A stretch of DNA of 64,000 bases from an uncultured bacterium (GTDB taxonomy: Bacteria; Oederibacteriota; JAAXVQ01; JAUVAV01): NCBI GenBank assembly GCA_963710755.1, contig CAVQBK010000001.1:128001-192000 (forward strand), given 5' to 3'. The notes below the pieces were generated by a model. The model saw nothing but the letters and a program-made list of their open reading frames with translations. It had not been told where the DNA came from and did no database searches. Below are positions 51,589 through 61,610 of the stretch, piece by piece (positions within the stretch are counted from its first letter, which is position 1; the number at the start of each line of letters is the position of its first letter). The position numbers were made by a program, and so were the translations under genes.

Positions 51589-54500
51589 ATGAAACACCAA
51601 TTCTGCATTGCCAGCATCTTTAAAAAAAGCTTTCTTTTTCTTTCTTCTCTGGCCATCCTGGCCACACTCTGTTTTGTGGTTACAACACCTAGCTTTGGTA
51701 AGGAATTCACCGATGATTTGACCACCGACTTCTATGGCGGATCGGAAGATAATATCATCATCCGCCAAAACCTGAAAGGCAGCCTGCAATTGGCGCCGTA
51801 CGCAGTTCTGGGCAATTGGAATGCAGTTAATGCACCGTCGAGTGCCTCGCTGTATATGGCGTCCACCACTGTTTATAATGGGAAATTATATTTAAGCGGC
51901 GGCTTTGGCAACGCTGACTCGGGAGGCCTTAATAATACAGGCACTGATAATGCTATTAATAAAATCTGGTACGCCACTGTTCTGGCGGACGGAAAAATTG
52001 AAGAATGGAAACCAATCGATGAGACATCACGATTGCCACAACCCACCTATGGTCATTCTTCCACGGTAGTGAATGGCCGTTTATATATTATCGGCGGCAG
52101 CAATTCGGTTGATAAAAAACCGGTCAGCTCTGTTTACTGGGCCAAAATCATCGGCCATGACGGGAGCATCAAGGCTTATTACAAGTCCAATACTTGGACA
52201 GCCGTAGCTTCCTTGCCAACGCCCTTATTTAAAGCAGCTGCCGCTCAATATGAAGGCCGGATTTATGTGGCCGGTGGCATTGATTCGTCCAATGTGGCCC
52301 AAAATGTTGTGTATTATACGGATGTTCACCCTGATGGTGATATCACGGCCTGGCAAACCGCCAGTGCCCAGCTTCCTGGCAATTTGGCAGGTCATTCCAT
52401 GGTGCAGAGCAATGGCCGGCTCTATGTAGTAGGGGGCTCCACCACCGGGGAACAAATCAATGCTACTAATAGTGTTTATATCGGCAATATCGATCCCACG
52501 ACAGGAGATGTGGTCAGCTGGACTACCGCTACCAGCCTGCCGGAAGCCTTATTTGGGGCGGCTGCGGCTGTTTCTGCCGGTAAAATCTGGGTCAGCGGCG
52601 GCATTGTCTCCGGAACCGCCAGAGCTAATGTTTATTATGCACTTATCGACCGCCTAGCCGGTCTGATTCCGGGTCCCGGACAACCCGATACATGGACCAG
52701 AACCACTGATTTACCGATACCCCTTTACAATCATAATATGGTGGCCTTTAATGGCCGTTTATTTATTACAGGCGGTTATAATGCCGGAGCCAGCGATAAA
52801 TGTTATACCAGCACCCTTTTAAGCAATAAAACCAATATCAAAAAATGGGAGCCAACCACATCTTTATTTATTTCTGAGTATGGGGAAGGCAGCTTAAAAA
52901 CCTGGACCGGTCATACGGCTATTCTAAGGGTGCCTTTGCAGCAATCGTCATCTTCGTCTGTCGGATCACCCCAGGTTTATGTGCTGGGCGGCGGATCGAA
53001 TAGCTATAGTGCCTACGCTGACGGACAGGCTTTTACCGGGGCTGCTCGACCTGAGGCCTACTCGACCATATACAATGCGGCTATAGATTCCAATGGCGAG
53101 TTGAAGACTTGGAAAGCCGAGGACTCTGCTGGAACCATTCCTGTGGCCAGCATCATGCATATGTCCACGCTCTGTAATGGGGCGATGTACGTCATTGGGG
53201 GTGCCAATTCACTTAATGCCACCATCTGGGCCGATGCCCCGGCGGGTTCAATAACTGCTGTAGGCAACACCGCCACGCCAACGTCGCAAGCTATTGCCTA
53301 CGGTGAAACCATGGTTTTTTATGAGCAGGTAAAACAAGGGGGAACCAGCAGTGGCGGTTCTGCCGGCACTATTGAAAAAACAGCGCCCATTCCCATTTTT
53401 GATCCCAAATATGAATTTGATACTTATAATACAATCCGTGGATTACCTGCAGCCGATCCTTTCCCCGCAGTAAATGCTAAAACAAGTGAGCCCATATATC
53501 AACCCTTGATACGTGCTGCCGTGACCTCCTACAACGGCTATATTTATGTTATTGGCGGTATTTCCAGGGAGAATGATGATTGGGATACGGTCAATACACC
53601 AAATTTACCCATATCCAGCAGACGCTATTTTGAAGACAGGGTATGGTATTGCCGACCCAATCCTTCTGGGAGTATCAATGAGTTTGGTGGTCCCGGCGGA
53701 TGGAAAAACACGACAGCCTTATCCCCTACGATCCATGCCTCTGATTTAGTACCACTTTATGATGCCCAAGCTTGTGTGGCTTATGGCCGGATTTATCTCT
53801 TTGGCGGCCGTGATGCCAGTGGTGTTGTGCGATCAGAAGTGTATTATGCCCGTATTCTGGATGACGGCACCTTGGGGGCTTGGATAGAGGATACCCCTAT
53901 GCCCACCACTTTGGCGGAGCATCAAGTGGTCTTCACTTCCGGCCGCTTTTATGTAATAGGTGGGGTTATTGATGCTGCCGGTAATTTGACGGACGATGTT
54001 TTTTATTGTACCCCTGCTGCTCAAGTGGCCCTGGATACGCCTTCCATTCCTACGGTATCTAATCCAGGCGCCTGGGAATTATCTTTAACGGCCTTGGAAT
54101 ACCCTGTGGCCGGCCATCAATGTGTGAGTAACAATGGCTATATTTATCTGTTGGGCGGACGATACAATCCCACGGATCCGCACACCTCCAGCGCTTACCT
54201 TACCAATATTGCAGATATGTATCATACTCAAACTTTGGTTTTTGCCTGGGCAGGCAATTATGAACGTTATGTAGATCTTGACAAAGATCAGTTGGTGCAA
54301 TTTATCAACTGGGATGCCTTACCCAACAATGAAACCATACGATTCCGGTATCGCTATGCTTTGGAAAAGGGGCAGTGGTCTCCCTGGACCTTATCCCAAT
54401 CCCTGGGACCTGTTAATGTAAACCATTTCTGCCGCTATATCCATTACAAGGTCCATTTTGAAACCCTGACCAATGATCCTGCTAACTTTGCCAATACACC

Positions 54501-54852
54501 GGAAATCTCCAGGGTCTTCATTGATTATGCAGCCTCAAAACGAGTAGATGAAGATAACTTCCAGATCAATCACAACAAATTTGATCCTCAGGTGCAATCT
54601 CTGACTGTTTCTTATAAAACCCGTGATCATAGCGTTGATGGCGTGGTTATCCGTGTATACAATCTTGAAGGTGAAATGATTAAAAAACAGGAGTTTGCCA
54701 TTGCGCCGGGAACAATCTTGCCGGTCACTGGTTCCTGGATTTGGGATGGCACCAATGACAATGACGAATTGGTGGCCAATGGTGTTTATATTATTCAGTA
54801 TAATTCTGGTAATACCCACAAAATCAGAAAAGTGGTTGTTTATAAACAATAA
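51589..54852 (+). CDS. Secreted Kelch-repeat (beta-propeller) protein with C-terminal FlgD-Ig/T9SS-like sorting domain
   Basis: Signal peptide; many (L/I)Y(V/I)xGG...W...LP repeats; C-terminal NHNKFDP...IRVYNLEGEMIK...WDGTNDNDELVANGVYII. Confidence 0.88.
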   Translation: MKHQFCIASIFKKSFLFLSSLAILATLCFVVTTPSFGKEFTDDLTTDFYGGSEDNIIIRQNLKGSLQLAPYAVLGNWNAVNAPSSASLYMASTTVYNGKLYLSGGFGNADSGGLNNTGTDNAINKIWYATVLADGKIEEWKPIDETSRLPQPTYGHSSTVVNGRLYIIGGSNSVDKKPVSSVYWAKIIGHDGSIKAYYKSNTWTAVASLPTPLFKAAAAQYEGRIYVAGGIDSSNVAQNVVYYTDVHPDGDITAWQTASAQLPGNLAGHSMVQSNGRLYVVGGSTTGEQINATNSVYIGNIDPTTGDVVSWTTATSLPEALFGAAAAVSAGKIWVSGGIVSGTARANVYYALIDRLAGLIPGPGQPDTWTRTTDLPIPLYNHNMVAFNGRLFITGGYNAGASDKCYTSTLLSNKTNIKKWEPTTSLFISEYGEGSLKTWTGHTAILRVPLQQSSSSSVGSPQVYVLGGGSNSYSAYADGQAFTGAARPEAYSTIYNAAIDSNGELKTWKAEDSAGTIPVASIMHMSTLCNGAMYVIGGANSLNATIWADAPAGSITAVGNTATPTSQAIAYGETMVFYEQVKQGGTSSGGSAGTIEKTAPIPIFDPKYEFDTYNTIRGLPAADPFPAVNAKTSEPIYQPLIRAAVTSYNGYIYVIGGISRENDDWDTVNTPNLPISSRRYFEDRVWYCRPNPSGSINEFGGPGGWKNTTALSPTIHASDLVPLYDAQACVAYGRIYLFGGRDASGVVRSEVYYARILDDGTLGAWIEDTPMPTTLAEHQVVFTSGRFYVIGGVIDAAGNLTDDVFYCTPAAQVALDTPSIPTVSNPGAWELSLTALEYPVAGHQCVSNNGYIYLLGGRYNPTDPHTSSAYLTNIADMYHTQTLVFAWAGNYERYVDLDKDQLVQFINWDALPNNETIRFRYRYALEKGQWSPWTLSQSLGPVNVNHFCRYIHYKVHFETLTNDPANFANTPEISRVFIDYAASKRVDEDNFQINHNKFDPQVQSLTVSYKTRDHSVDGVVIRVYNLEGEMIKKQEFAIAPGTILPVTGSWIWDGTNDNDELVANGVYIIQYNSGNTHKIRKVVVYKQ

Positions 54853-54920
54853 TCAAGGTTCTCAAGAAATAAAATACCTCGCCATTCATTGGGGAGTATT
54901 TGGATAGCAGCGGAAAAGAA

Positions 54921-54986
54921 GATCATTATTTTTATGGTCGCTTCATCTCTGTATTGAAATACGGGGAATTCGCGAGGACGTATTAA
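54921..54986 (+). promoter_or_regulatory. Conserved upstream element, copy before the first PorV-like gene
   Basis: GATCATTATTTTTATGGTCGCTTCATCTCTGTATTGAAATACGGGGAATTCGCGAGGACGTATTAA, directly followed by the GGAG SD. Confidence 0.78.
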
Positions 54987-54996
54987 GGAGATCAAT

Positions 54997-55944
54997 ATGC
55001 GCAGAACGGCATTTATTTTCATGATGTTAATGGCACTCCTGGCCGGGCAAGTTTGGGGAAGAGGTGTGGGCACCTCGGTCATGAACTTCCTTAAAGTAAC
55101 TCATGGTCCGCGGTTTGACGGCATGGGAGGCGTAGGTGTGGCGCTAGTGGACGATATCAACAGTATCACCTGGAACCCGGCAGGTCTATCTCATCTGGCT
55201 CCTGATTATTTTGATGCGTCTTTTGAACACGATTTCTGGATTGGTGATATTGAATATGAAGCCCTTAATTTTGCTACTTACTTGGGGGACACCTACGGTG
55301 GAGGGCTGCAGTTGCTCTATCGGCATATGCCTGATATTGACAATGATTTAGCCGATGAGCAACCGCAAAAAGTTTGGGATTTTGCAGGCACCCTTGGTTT
55401 GGGAATCACTATTACCAATTTTTCGGTGGGGGTAAATTTAAAAGCGATTGCTTCTCAGCTGGGAGACGCCCAACTGATGGGCATTGCCGGAGATTTGGGT
55501 ATGCAGATCAGGTTCATGGAAGATAAATTCAGCGTCGGCCTGGCCGTACAGAATTTGGGACCTGATATTAAGACAGATTCCCTGCCCCTGTTTATCCGTG
55601 GTGGTATTGGTTACAAAGATTCCTTTGGCTCTAAAAAACAACATGAGCTTCTGGGGGCTTTCGAGATTAATCAGCCCTTGGATAACAAATTGGTGATCAG
55701 ATTGGGCGCTGAATATTGGTATGCCAAAACAGTAGCCGCACGGGTAGGTTACGTGCAACAGATTGGTGCTGATGACTTGCAGTCAGATAAATTTTTGGAC
55801 CGTCTAACCTGGGGCGCCAGTGTGCGCTGGGCTGATTTGCAGATTGATTACGCTTTTATTCCTTTTGCAGATTTGGGTTCAGTGCATAAACTGGCGTTGA
55901 AATTGCATTATGGCCCGCTGACCGATACAGTGGAAAATTTCTGA
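54997..55944 (+). CDS. PorV/PorQ-family outer-membrane beta-barrel
   Basis: [46 protein letters not shown]. Confidence 0.85.
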   Translation: MRRTAFIFMMLMALLAGQVWGRGVGTSVMNFLKVTHGPRFDGMGGVGVALVDDINSITWNPAGLSHLAPDYFDASFEHDFWIGDIEYEALNFATYLGDTYGGGLQLLYRHMPDIDNDLADEQPQKVWDFAGTLGLGITITNFSVGVNLKAIASQLGDAQLMGIAGDLGMQIRFMEDKFSVGLAVQNLGPDIKTDSLPLFIRGGIGYKDSFGSKKQHELLGAFEINQPLDNKLVIRLGAEYWYAKTVAARVGYVQQIGADDLQSDKFLDRLTWGASVRWADLQIDYAFIPFADLGSVHKLALKLHYGPLTDTVENF

Positions 55945-55957
55945 CAGGGAGTATCCG

Positions 55958-58138
55958 GTGAAATTGATCAGTGAACGGATGAAAATTGTTTTTTTTATCA
56001 CGGCTGTCTTCTTGGGGGTCAACACCATAACGTTGGCGGCCACCGCGATTTATCGTTCCGTTGGGCCCGGCAATAGTTCCGCTTTGGCTGATGATAATGG
56101 TGGAACCAATGATTTAAATATTACCAATGGGATCATCACTTTTTCGGCTTCCGTGGCAAACAATATCGGCGTTGGTGATGTGGTGCAATACAATGACGGC
56201 AGTTTTCACATTGTGTTTATTCATGACCGCATTAATTCCACTCGATTTCAAGTTCGCAGCGCCGATGGGACGCTGCCTTCTGATGTGGCGTCCAATAGCA
56301 GTTGGTCCATTTTCCGGGCCTACACATCTTTGAATAATGCTGTGAATGGAACGGAAAACAGCGTCATCGACGGATCAGTAAACGATTTTGATAGTGGCGC
56401 GCGTGATCTCACGGTCTATAACGAGGTTTGGAATATCGCTTGTTATAATGATGGTATTGACAGCACGGTAGTTAAGATTTCTTCCTGGACCACGTCGTCC
56501 ACTCAATATTTACATATTTTTACACCTTATGATGCAACCCAAGTGGGCAGCTCCCAGCGTCATAATGGGGTTTGGACCAATGGAGCCTATCGATTGATTT
56601 TAAACAACAAAAACGCTCTACAATTGGATACCAATCATATCCTGATCGAAGGACTGCAAATTCAAGTTTCCGGCGTCAATAATACTGACCAAAGCGCCAT
56701 TTATTTGAAAGGTCAAACCGGTCCGACTGAAATTAAAATAACCGGATGTATTTTGCAAGGTGCCAATGACAGTGGGAATAATAAAAATGGTCATTGGGGA
56801 GTTCAGACCGATTCAACCAACGTCAACGGCAATATTATTATATGGAACAACATTATTTACGGTTTTTTAGGTGATAATGCCCATTCGGATAATGGCGGGT
56901 TGGGTCTTAAATATGGCAACCAAAATTATTTTATCTACAATAATACGGTCGATAATTGCAAGCAAGGCATTTTATTATCATCCGGTACGGCCGAAGCGAT
57001 AAATAATATTACTCAAAATTGCAGTGACGGGTTTGTCGGACTTTTTTCGGCAACTTCCGATTATAATCTCTCCGATATTAATAATGATGCGCCCGGAACC
57101 CATTCCAAGAACAATGCTGCCGTTAATTTTGTGGGGGCTTCAGACTATCATTTGGCCCCATCCGATACCAGTGCCAGAGCTTCGGGACTGGAGCTTTCCG
57201 GCTATGGAAGCTATGCCTTTAATGATGATATTGACCGGCAAAGCCGCAGCTGGCGTTGGGATATGGGTGCTGATGAGCAAACCTTGGCCGCCAATCCAAC
57301 CTATACGCCAACCTATACGGATACACCAACTTTTACACCAACCTTTACACCGACCATTACGCCTACAAGTACCGTAACCCTTACATTTACACGCACGATC
57401 ACAAAAACCCATACGCCCACTGTTACTCATACGCCGACGTTCACGCCGACGTTCACACCCAGTGCGACCTTGACCGCTTCACCTACGTTTACACATACAC
57501 CCACGGCTTCACCCACCTTTACCCATACGCCTACGGTGACGCCGACTTTTACCCGTACGCATACGCCAACGGCTACGCCTACCTTTACCCATACGCAGAC
57601 AGCCACACCAACTAAAACAGTGACCGCCACCAATACCCATACTCCTACGGTAACACCCACCAGGACAGCCACGCCGACCTGTACACATTCTCCCACCATT
57701 ACTGCAACCTCTACGCACACACCTACCTTTACTTCTACTAGTACCATGACGCCGACGGTAACTGTCACGCCCACGTTTACTCATTCGGCGACATCTACCA
57801 ATACACCTACCGTGACCCCGACCAGCTCACCGACCACTACCGCTCAACCCAGCGAATCCTTGGCCAAAGTAGTGGTTTTTCCTAACCCTTATATAGAACA
57901 TAAGGAAAATTACCGAACCATCAATTTTATCTATCTAACCTTTAATGCGAAAATTCGCGTGTATAATCTGGCCGGGAAACTGGTATGGGAAGCGGAAAAA
58001 AATGATGGTTCCGACCGTATCGGCTGGATTGGCGTAAAAAATAATGAAGGCCAAAAATTGGCTTCCGGCGTTTATATTTATATGATTACCAATAGGCAAG
58101 GCGAGAAGAAAACAGGCAAAATTGCAATTTTGAGATAA
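55958..58138 (+). CDS. Secreted parallel beta-helix protein with Thr/Pro linker and T9SS-like C-terminal domain
   Basis: Signal peptide; IWNNIIY/IYNNTV/AINNI repeats; DYHL...DDID...WDMGADE; C-terminal VFPNPY...[11 protein letters not shown]...LASGVYIY...KTGKIAILR. Confidence 0.85.
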   Translation: MKLISERMKIVFFITAVFLGVNTITLAATAIYRSVGPGNSSALADDNGGTNDLNITNGIITFSASVANNIGVGDVVQYNDGSFHIVFIHDRINSTRFQVRSADGTLPSDVASNSSWSIFRAYTSLNNAVNGTENSVIDGSVNDFDSGARDLTVYNEVWNIACYNDGIDSTVVKISSWTTSSTQYLHIFTPYDATQVGSSQRHNGVWTNGAYRLILNNKNALQLDTNHILIEGLQIQVSGVNNTDQSAIYLKGQTGPTEIKITGCILQGANDSGNNKNGHWGVQTDSTNVNGNIIIWNNIIYGFLGDNAHSDNGGLGLKYGNQNYFIYNNTVDNCKQGILLSSGTAEAINNITQNCSDGFVGLFSATSDYNLSDINNDAPGTHSKNNAAVNFVGASDYHLAPSDTSARASGLELSGYGSYAFNDDIDRQSRSWRWDMGADEQTLAANPTYTPTYTDTPTFTPTFTPTITPTSTVTLTFTRTITKTHTPTVTHTPTFTPTFTPSATLTASPTFTHTPTASPTFTHTPTVTPTFTRTHTPTATPTFTHTQTATPTKTVTATNTHTPTVTPTRTATPTCTHSPTITATSTHTPTFTSTSTMTPTVTVTPTFTHSATSTNTPTVTPTSSPTTTAQPSESLAKVVVFPNPYIEHKENYRTINFIYLTFNAKIRVYNLAGKLVWEAEKNDGSDRIGWIGVKNNEGQKLASGVYIYMITNRQGEKKTGKIAILR
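57296..57841 (+). repeat. Thr/Pro-rich low-complexity linker (TPTxTxT repeats, ~180 aa)
   Basis: Degenerate coding repeats such as [17 protein letters not shown]. Confidence 0.9.
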
Positions 58139-58151
58139 GCGGCAATGACCC

Positions 58152-60095
58152 ATGCACAGCACCCTCACGAAGGAGGATAGGATAATGAATGAAGAAAAAA
58201 ATAGAGTGATCAGTGCAGCTCATCGCCTAGGGTTGGCCTTGCTGATGATGGTCATGATTCTGCCCAATCTCTGGGCGGCCGGCGAAGGGACGACAGGAGC
58301 TTCCTTTTTAAATATCGGAACCTCAGCCCGGGCCGCGGGTATGGGTGGGGCCTACACAGCAGCAGTGGATGATGTGGATTCCACCTTTTGGAATCCTGCA
58401 GGCCTGATGCAGCTGCAGCGCAGCACCGTGGGGTTAACCCATCTGGAATGGTTTCAGGATATACGCTATGAGTATGTGTCCTACGCGAGTAAATTTGATT
58501 ATGTCGGTGCCATTGGCGTCAATCTGGGCTTTCTTTATCTGGGCGATATTCCCAAGACCGTGACCACCCTCAATGGGACGGATTATGACCCTGAGGCTAG
58601 TCAAAAACTGGGCACTTTCGGAGCTTCCGATTTATTACTTGATTTTGCTTGGGCCGGCCGCTTGGGGTTTGACGAAAATATGTTCGGAGTAGCTGTGAAA
58701 ATCATTCAGGAAAGTATTGATGATAATGCCTCCTTTAGTGTAGCCCTCGATTTGGGTGAACAATATTTAATCGATAAATCCGCCTGGTATCAAAGCTTGG
58801 CGGAAACGTCATGGACTTCGGGCTTGATCCCCAACGTGGTAAGCCTGGTGGTGAAAAATCTTGGCACGCCAGTAAAATATTTTAATCAAAACGATCCCCT
58901 GCCACTCTCCGCCAGCCTGGGGGCTGCTTATAAATTTTTCGATGATCATTTGACCGCCGCTGTGGATTTTAATTATTTGACCATGGAATCGCTGGCCGGA
59001 ATTAATGTTGGTGCTGAATATTGGTACGACAATCTGATTCAAGGTGATGGCGAACATCATCTCGATGTGGCTTTGCGTGCCGGTTATCGCACCGGCTATG
59101 ATGCCACTTCGGCGCCGGGGTTTGCCTTTGGAGGCGGGTTGCGCTATGGTGGTCTGATCATGGACTATGTTTACATGCCTTTTGGAGATTTGGGCAGCAC
59201 TCATCGGGTCTCTTTGAAAGTTTCTTGGGGCGATATTCTGAAGGATAAGATGGCCGCTAAACCCAAGAAGACTGTGAAAAAGAACTTATCCGCCTCGGAA
59301 AGAGAATTGTTGAAAACGGCCAACAGGTTGGTGCGGCAAAAGAGAGAAATGGAAGGTAAAACCAGTATTCAGAAGAGTGAAGCCGCGAAACGCTCCATGA
59401 CCGCTGTTGAAGCTAAAAAACCGGAAGATCATGAAGTGGTCAAGGAAACCAAATCCCTTGGTGCTGAAATCGAGGCCTCCAAGGATGTGCCGCGTGAAGT
59501 CGTTATTGGCAAAGGCGCAATTATCAAGGCGCGCAGTTCCAAAGTTGACAGTGAATTAATAGCCAAAATCACAAGTGCCAGCAAAATGGAACCGAATAAC
59601 AACAGGACCAGAAGTAAATATATGCGCCGCACGCAGGAAGATGTAGTGCGTGCGGCCAGACGGGAAGCAGAGCGGCAAAGTCAAGCCATGAATGCTGTAG
59701 AAGAGGCAGCCAAGCAGGAGGCTGGCAACCAAGCCACTCAGGTAAAAGGTAAATTGGTGACCCGGACCACGGTTTATTTTGCCAGAAACAGCTTTAAGCT
59801 TAATGACCGGTATCTTTTCGCATTGGATAAAATTGCCGTAAGTTTTGATCGCTATCCGGAAAGAACCATATTGGTGCACGGACATGCTTCGGGTGACGAA
59901 GGTAATAAAAAAGAGTTGTCGCTCAAACGTGCAGCCGCGGTAAAAGAATATTTGATCCAGATTAAGAGCATTCCCAATAACAAGGTGGCGATTAAAGCCT
60001 TGGCGGATACTCAACCCTTGGCTGAAGAAAAGGACGCCAAAGGAAAGGCACGTAACCGTTGTGTCCGCGTGCAATTAATTAAATCAGGGAACTAG
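58152..60095 (+). CDS. PorV/PorQ-family barrel fused to a charged linker and an OmpA-like peptidoglycan-binding domain
   Basis: FLNIGTSARAAGMGGA, FWNPAGL, GAEYW, DYVYMPFGDLGSTHRVS; C-terminal VYFARNS...VHGHAS...LSLKRAAAVKEYL...RNRCV. Confidence 0.87.
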   Translation: MHSTLTKEDRIMNEEKNRVISAAHRLGLALLMMVMILPNLWAAGEGTTGASFLNIGTSARAAGMGGAYTAAVDDVDSTFWNPAGLMQLQRSTVGLTHLEWFQDIRYEYVSYASKFDYVGAIGVNLGFLYLGDIPKTVTTLNGTDYDPEASQKLGTFGASDLLLDFAWAGRLGFDENMFGVAVKIIQESIDDNASFSVALDLGEQYLIDKSAWYQSLAETSWTSGLIPNVVSLVVKNLGTPVKYFNQNDPLPLSASLGAAYKFFDDHLTAAVDFNYLTMESLAGINVGAEYWYDNLIQGDGEHHLDVALRAGYRTGYDATSAPGFAFGGGLRYGGLIMDYVYMPFGDLGSTHRVSLKVSWGDILKDKMAAKPKKTVKKNLSASERELLKTANRLVRQKREMEGKTSIQKSEAAKRSMTAVEAKKPEDHEVVKETKSLGAEIEASKDVPREVVIGKGAIIKARSSKVDSELIAKITSASKMEPNNNRTRSKYMRRTQEDVVRAARREAERQSQAMNAVEEAAKQEAGNQATQVKGKLVTRTTVYFARNSFKLNDRYLFALDKIAVSFDRYPERTILVHGHASGDEGNKKELSLKRAAAVKEYLIQIKSIPNNKVAIKALADTQPLAEEKDAKGKARNRCVRVQLIKSGN

Positions 60096-60153
60096 GGTGC
60101 TGTGCAATTGCTCAGTTTAAAAAGGTGTTTTATCTATAATTTAGGAGGGTGCA

Positions 60154-61536
60154 ATGAGCCCGATATTTGGCGACGATAAAAATAGTGAAGAGAAGGACAA
60201 AGACCAATCTTCACAAGAGGAACAGAAAAAATCCAAGATTGTCTCTTCATATAATTTGACCTATGATCAAATTAAGAAAAAAGAGATGGGCGAAGACAAG
60301 GACAGCACCACTGGGACATCGGAAAAACCAGCGGAAACTCAAAACGCGGACCAAGCAGGGAAGAAAAAACCGGCCGGCCGGTTTTCCAGATTGGCTACTC
60401 AATTTAAAAAAATTGATGTACAGGAATCAATTGGGAAAATTAAGGGCCAACATCAGGGTAGCTTGGCTGGTATCGGCCAATGGGTCAAGGAACACAAAGC
60501 TATCGTCATCGTTGCGGTGGTGCTGGTGGGTTTGGCAGCCTCTTGGGGACTGTCGCGGTTGTTTTTTGGGGAAAAGAAAAAGGCGGTCGATGAAAAAGCC
60601 GGCATTCAGTTTGCGGAGATTGGCAGCCGGGTCAATGTCTTGAAGGTGGCTAAAACCGATTTTTCCGACTCGATTTTAGCCATGGGTACGGTTAAGGGAT
60701 TTGCCCAGGTCAATTTGGGTTTTCAACTTTCCGGTGTCGTTTCAGCTTTTTATTTTCGAGAGGGCGACGAAATCAAAGCTGGCGAAATTATTGCGCAGCT
60801 TGATCCACAAGAACAATTACTTAAGTATGAACAATCCAAGGTGCAATATGAAAATTCGCAGTCTTTGTATGACCTAGGGGCAATTATCCCTGCCAAATTG
60901 CAGGAGGCCAAGATCAATATGGATCTGGCGCAGACCGAATTGAGCAAAACGGCCATCGTGGCTCCTTCAGACGGCATTTTGGGGAGCCGTGATGCGGAGG
61001 TGGGAAGTGCTGTTAATCCCAACATGAAAATCGCCACGTTTTTGGATATTGACGATGTCTTTGCGGAAGTGGGTATTATGGAGCGGGAAATCAACAAGGT
61101 GGTGCTGGGCCAGTCCGTCAAGGTCAATGTGGATGCTTACCCGGATTTGGATTTTGGCGGCACCGTAACCAACGTGGCACCAATGGTTAAAGGCAAGAGT
61201 AAAACCCTGGATGTAAAAGTTCAAATTGCCAACCCCTACCGGCTGCTGTTACCGGGAATGTTTGTGCGGGTAAGGATCAAAATCTTTGAAACTAAAAATG
61301 CGATTATTATTCCACGCCCGGCTTTGAAAAAGGTAAAGGGCGCCTACCATGTCTTTACAGTCAATCAAAACAACAAAGCTGAATTCAAGCCGGTGAAACT
61401 GGGTTATGTGACTACTGATAATGTGCAAATTACCGAAGGGCTGAACGAAGGCGATTTGGTAGTGGTGGATGGTATGGAAGAATTAAAAGACGGTGCCAAA
61501 GTTCAAATTATGGAATATCAAAGTACAGCTTTTTAA
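60154..61536 (+). CDS. Efflux RND transporter periplasmic adaptor subunit
   Basis: Single TM, lipoyl halves (SGVV...EGDEIKAGEII; APSDGIL), LLPGMFVRV, GLNEGDLVVVDG. Confidence 0.92.
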   Translation: MSPIFGDDKNSEEKDKDQSSQEEQKKSKIVSSYNLTYDQIKKKEMGEDKDSTTGTSEKPAETQNADQAGKKKPAGRFSRLATQFKKIDVQESIGKIKGQHQGSLAGIGQWVKEHKAIVIVAVVLVGLAASWGLSRLFFGEKKKAVDEKAGIQFAEIGSRVNVLKVAKTDFSDSILAMGTVKGFAQVNLGFQLSGVVSAFYFREGDEIKAGEIIAQLDPQEQLLKYEQSKVQYENSQSLYDLGAIIPAKLQEAKINMDLAQTELSKTAIVAPSDGILGSRDAEVGSAVNPNMKIATFLDIDDVFAEVGIMEREINKVVLGQSVKVNVDAYPDLDFGGTVTNVAPMVKGKSKTLDVKVQIANPYRLLLPGMFVRVRIKIFETKNAIIIPRPALKKVKGAYHVFTVNQNNKAEFKPVKLGYVTTDNVQITEGLNEGDLVVVDGMEELKDGAKVQIMEYQSTAF

Positions 61537-61610
61537 TCACGGTAGTGAGCGGCAGTACTTAATCAATCTGGTTGAAAACGATAAGATTATAAGACGGGAG
61601 AAGATGTCCC

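Noticed and set aside
57296-57841. CRISPR array or VNTR
   Set aside because: Repeats are degenerate at synonymous positions, in frame and lack unique spacers; this is a Thr/Pro protein linker. No CRISPR array or cas gene was seen in the window.
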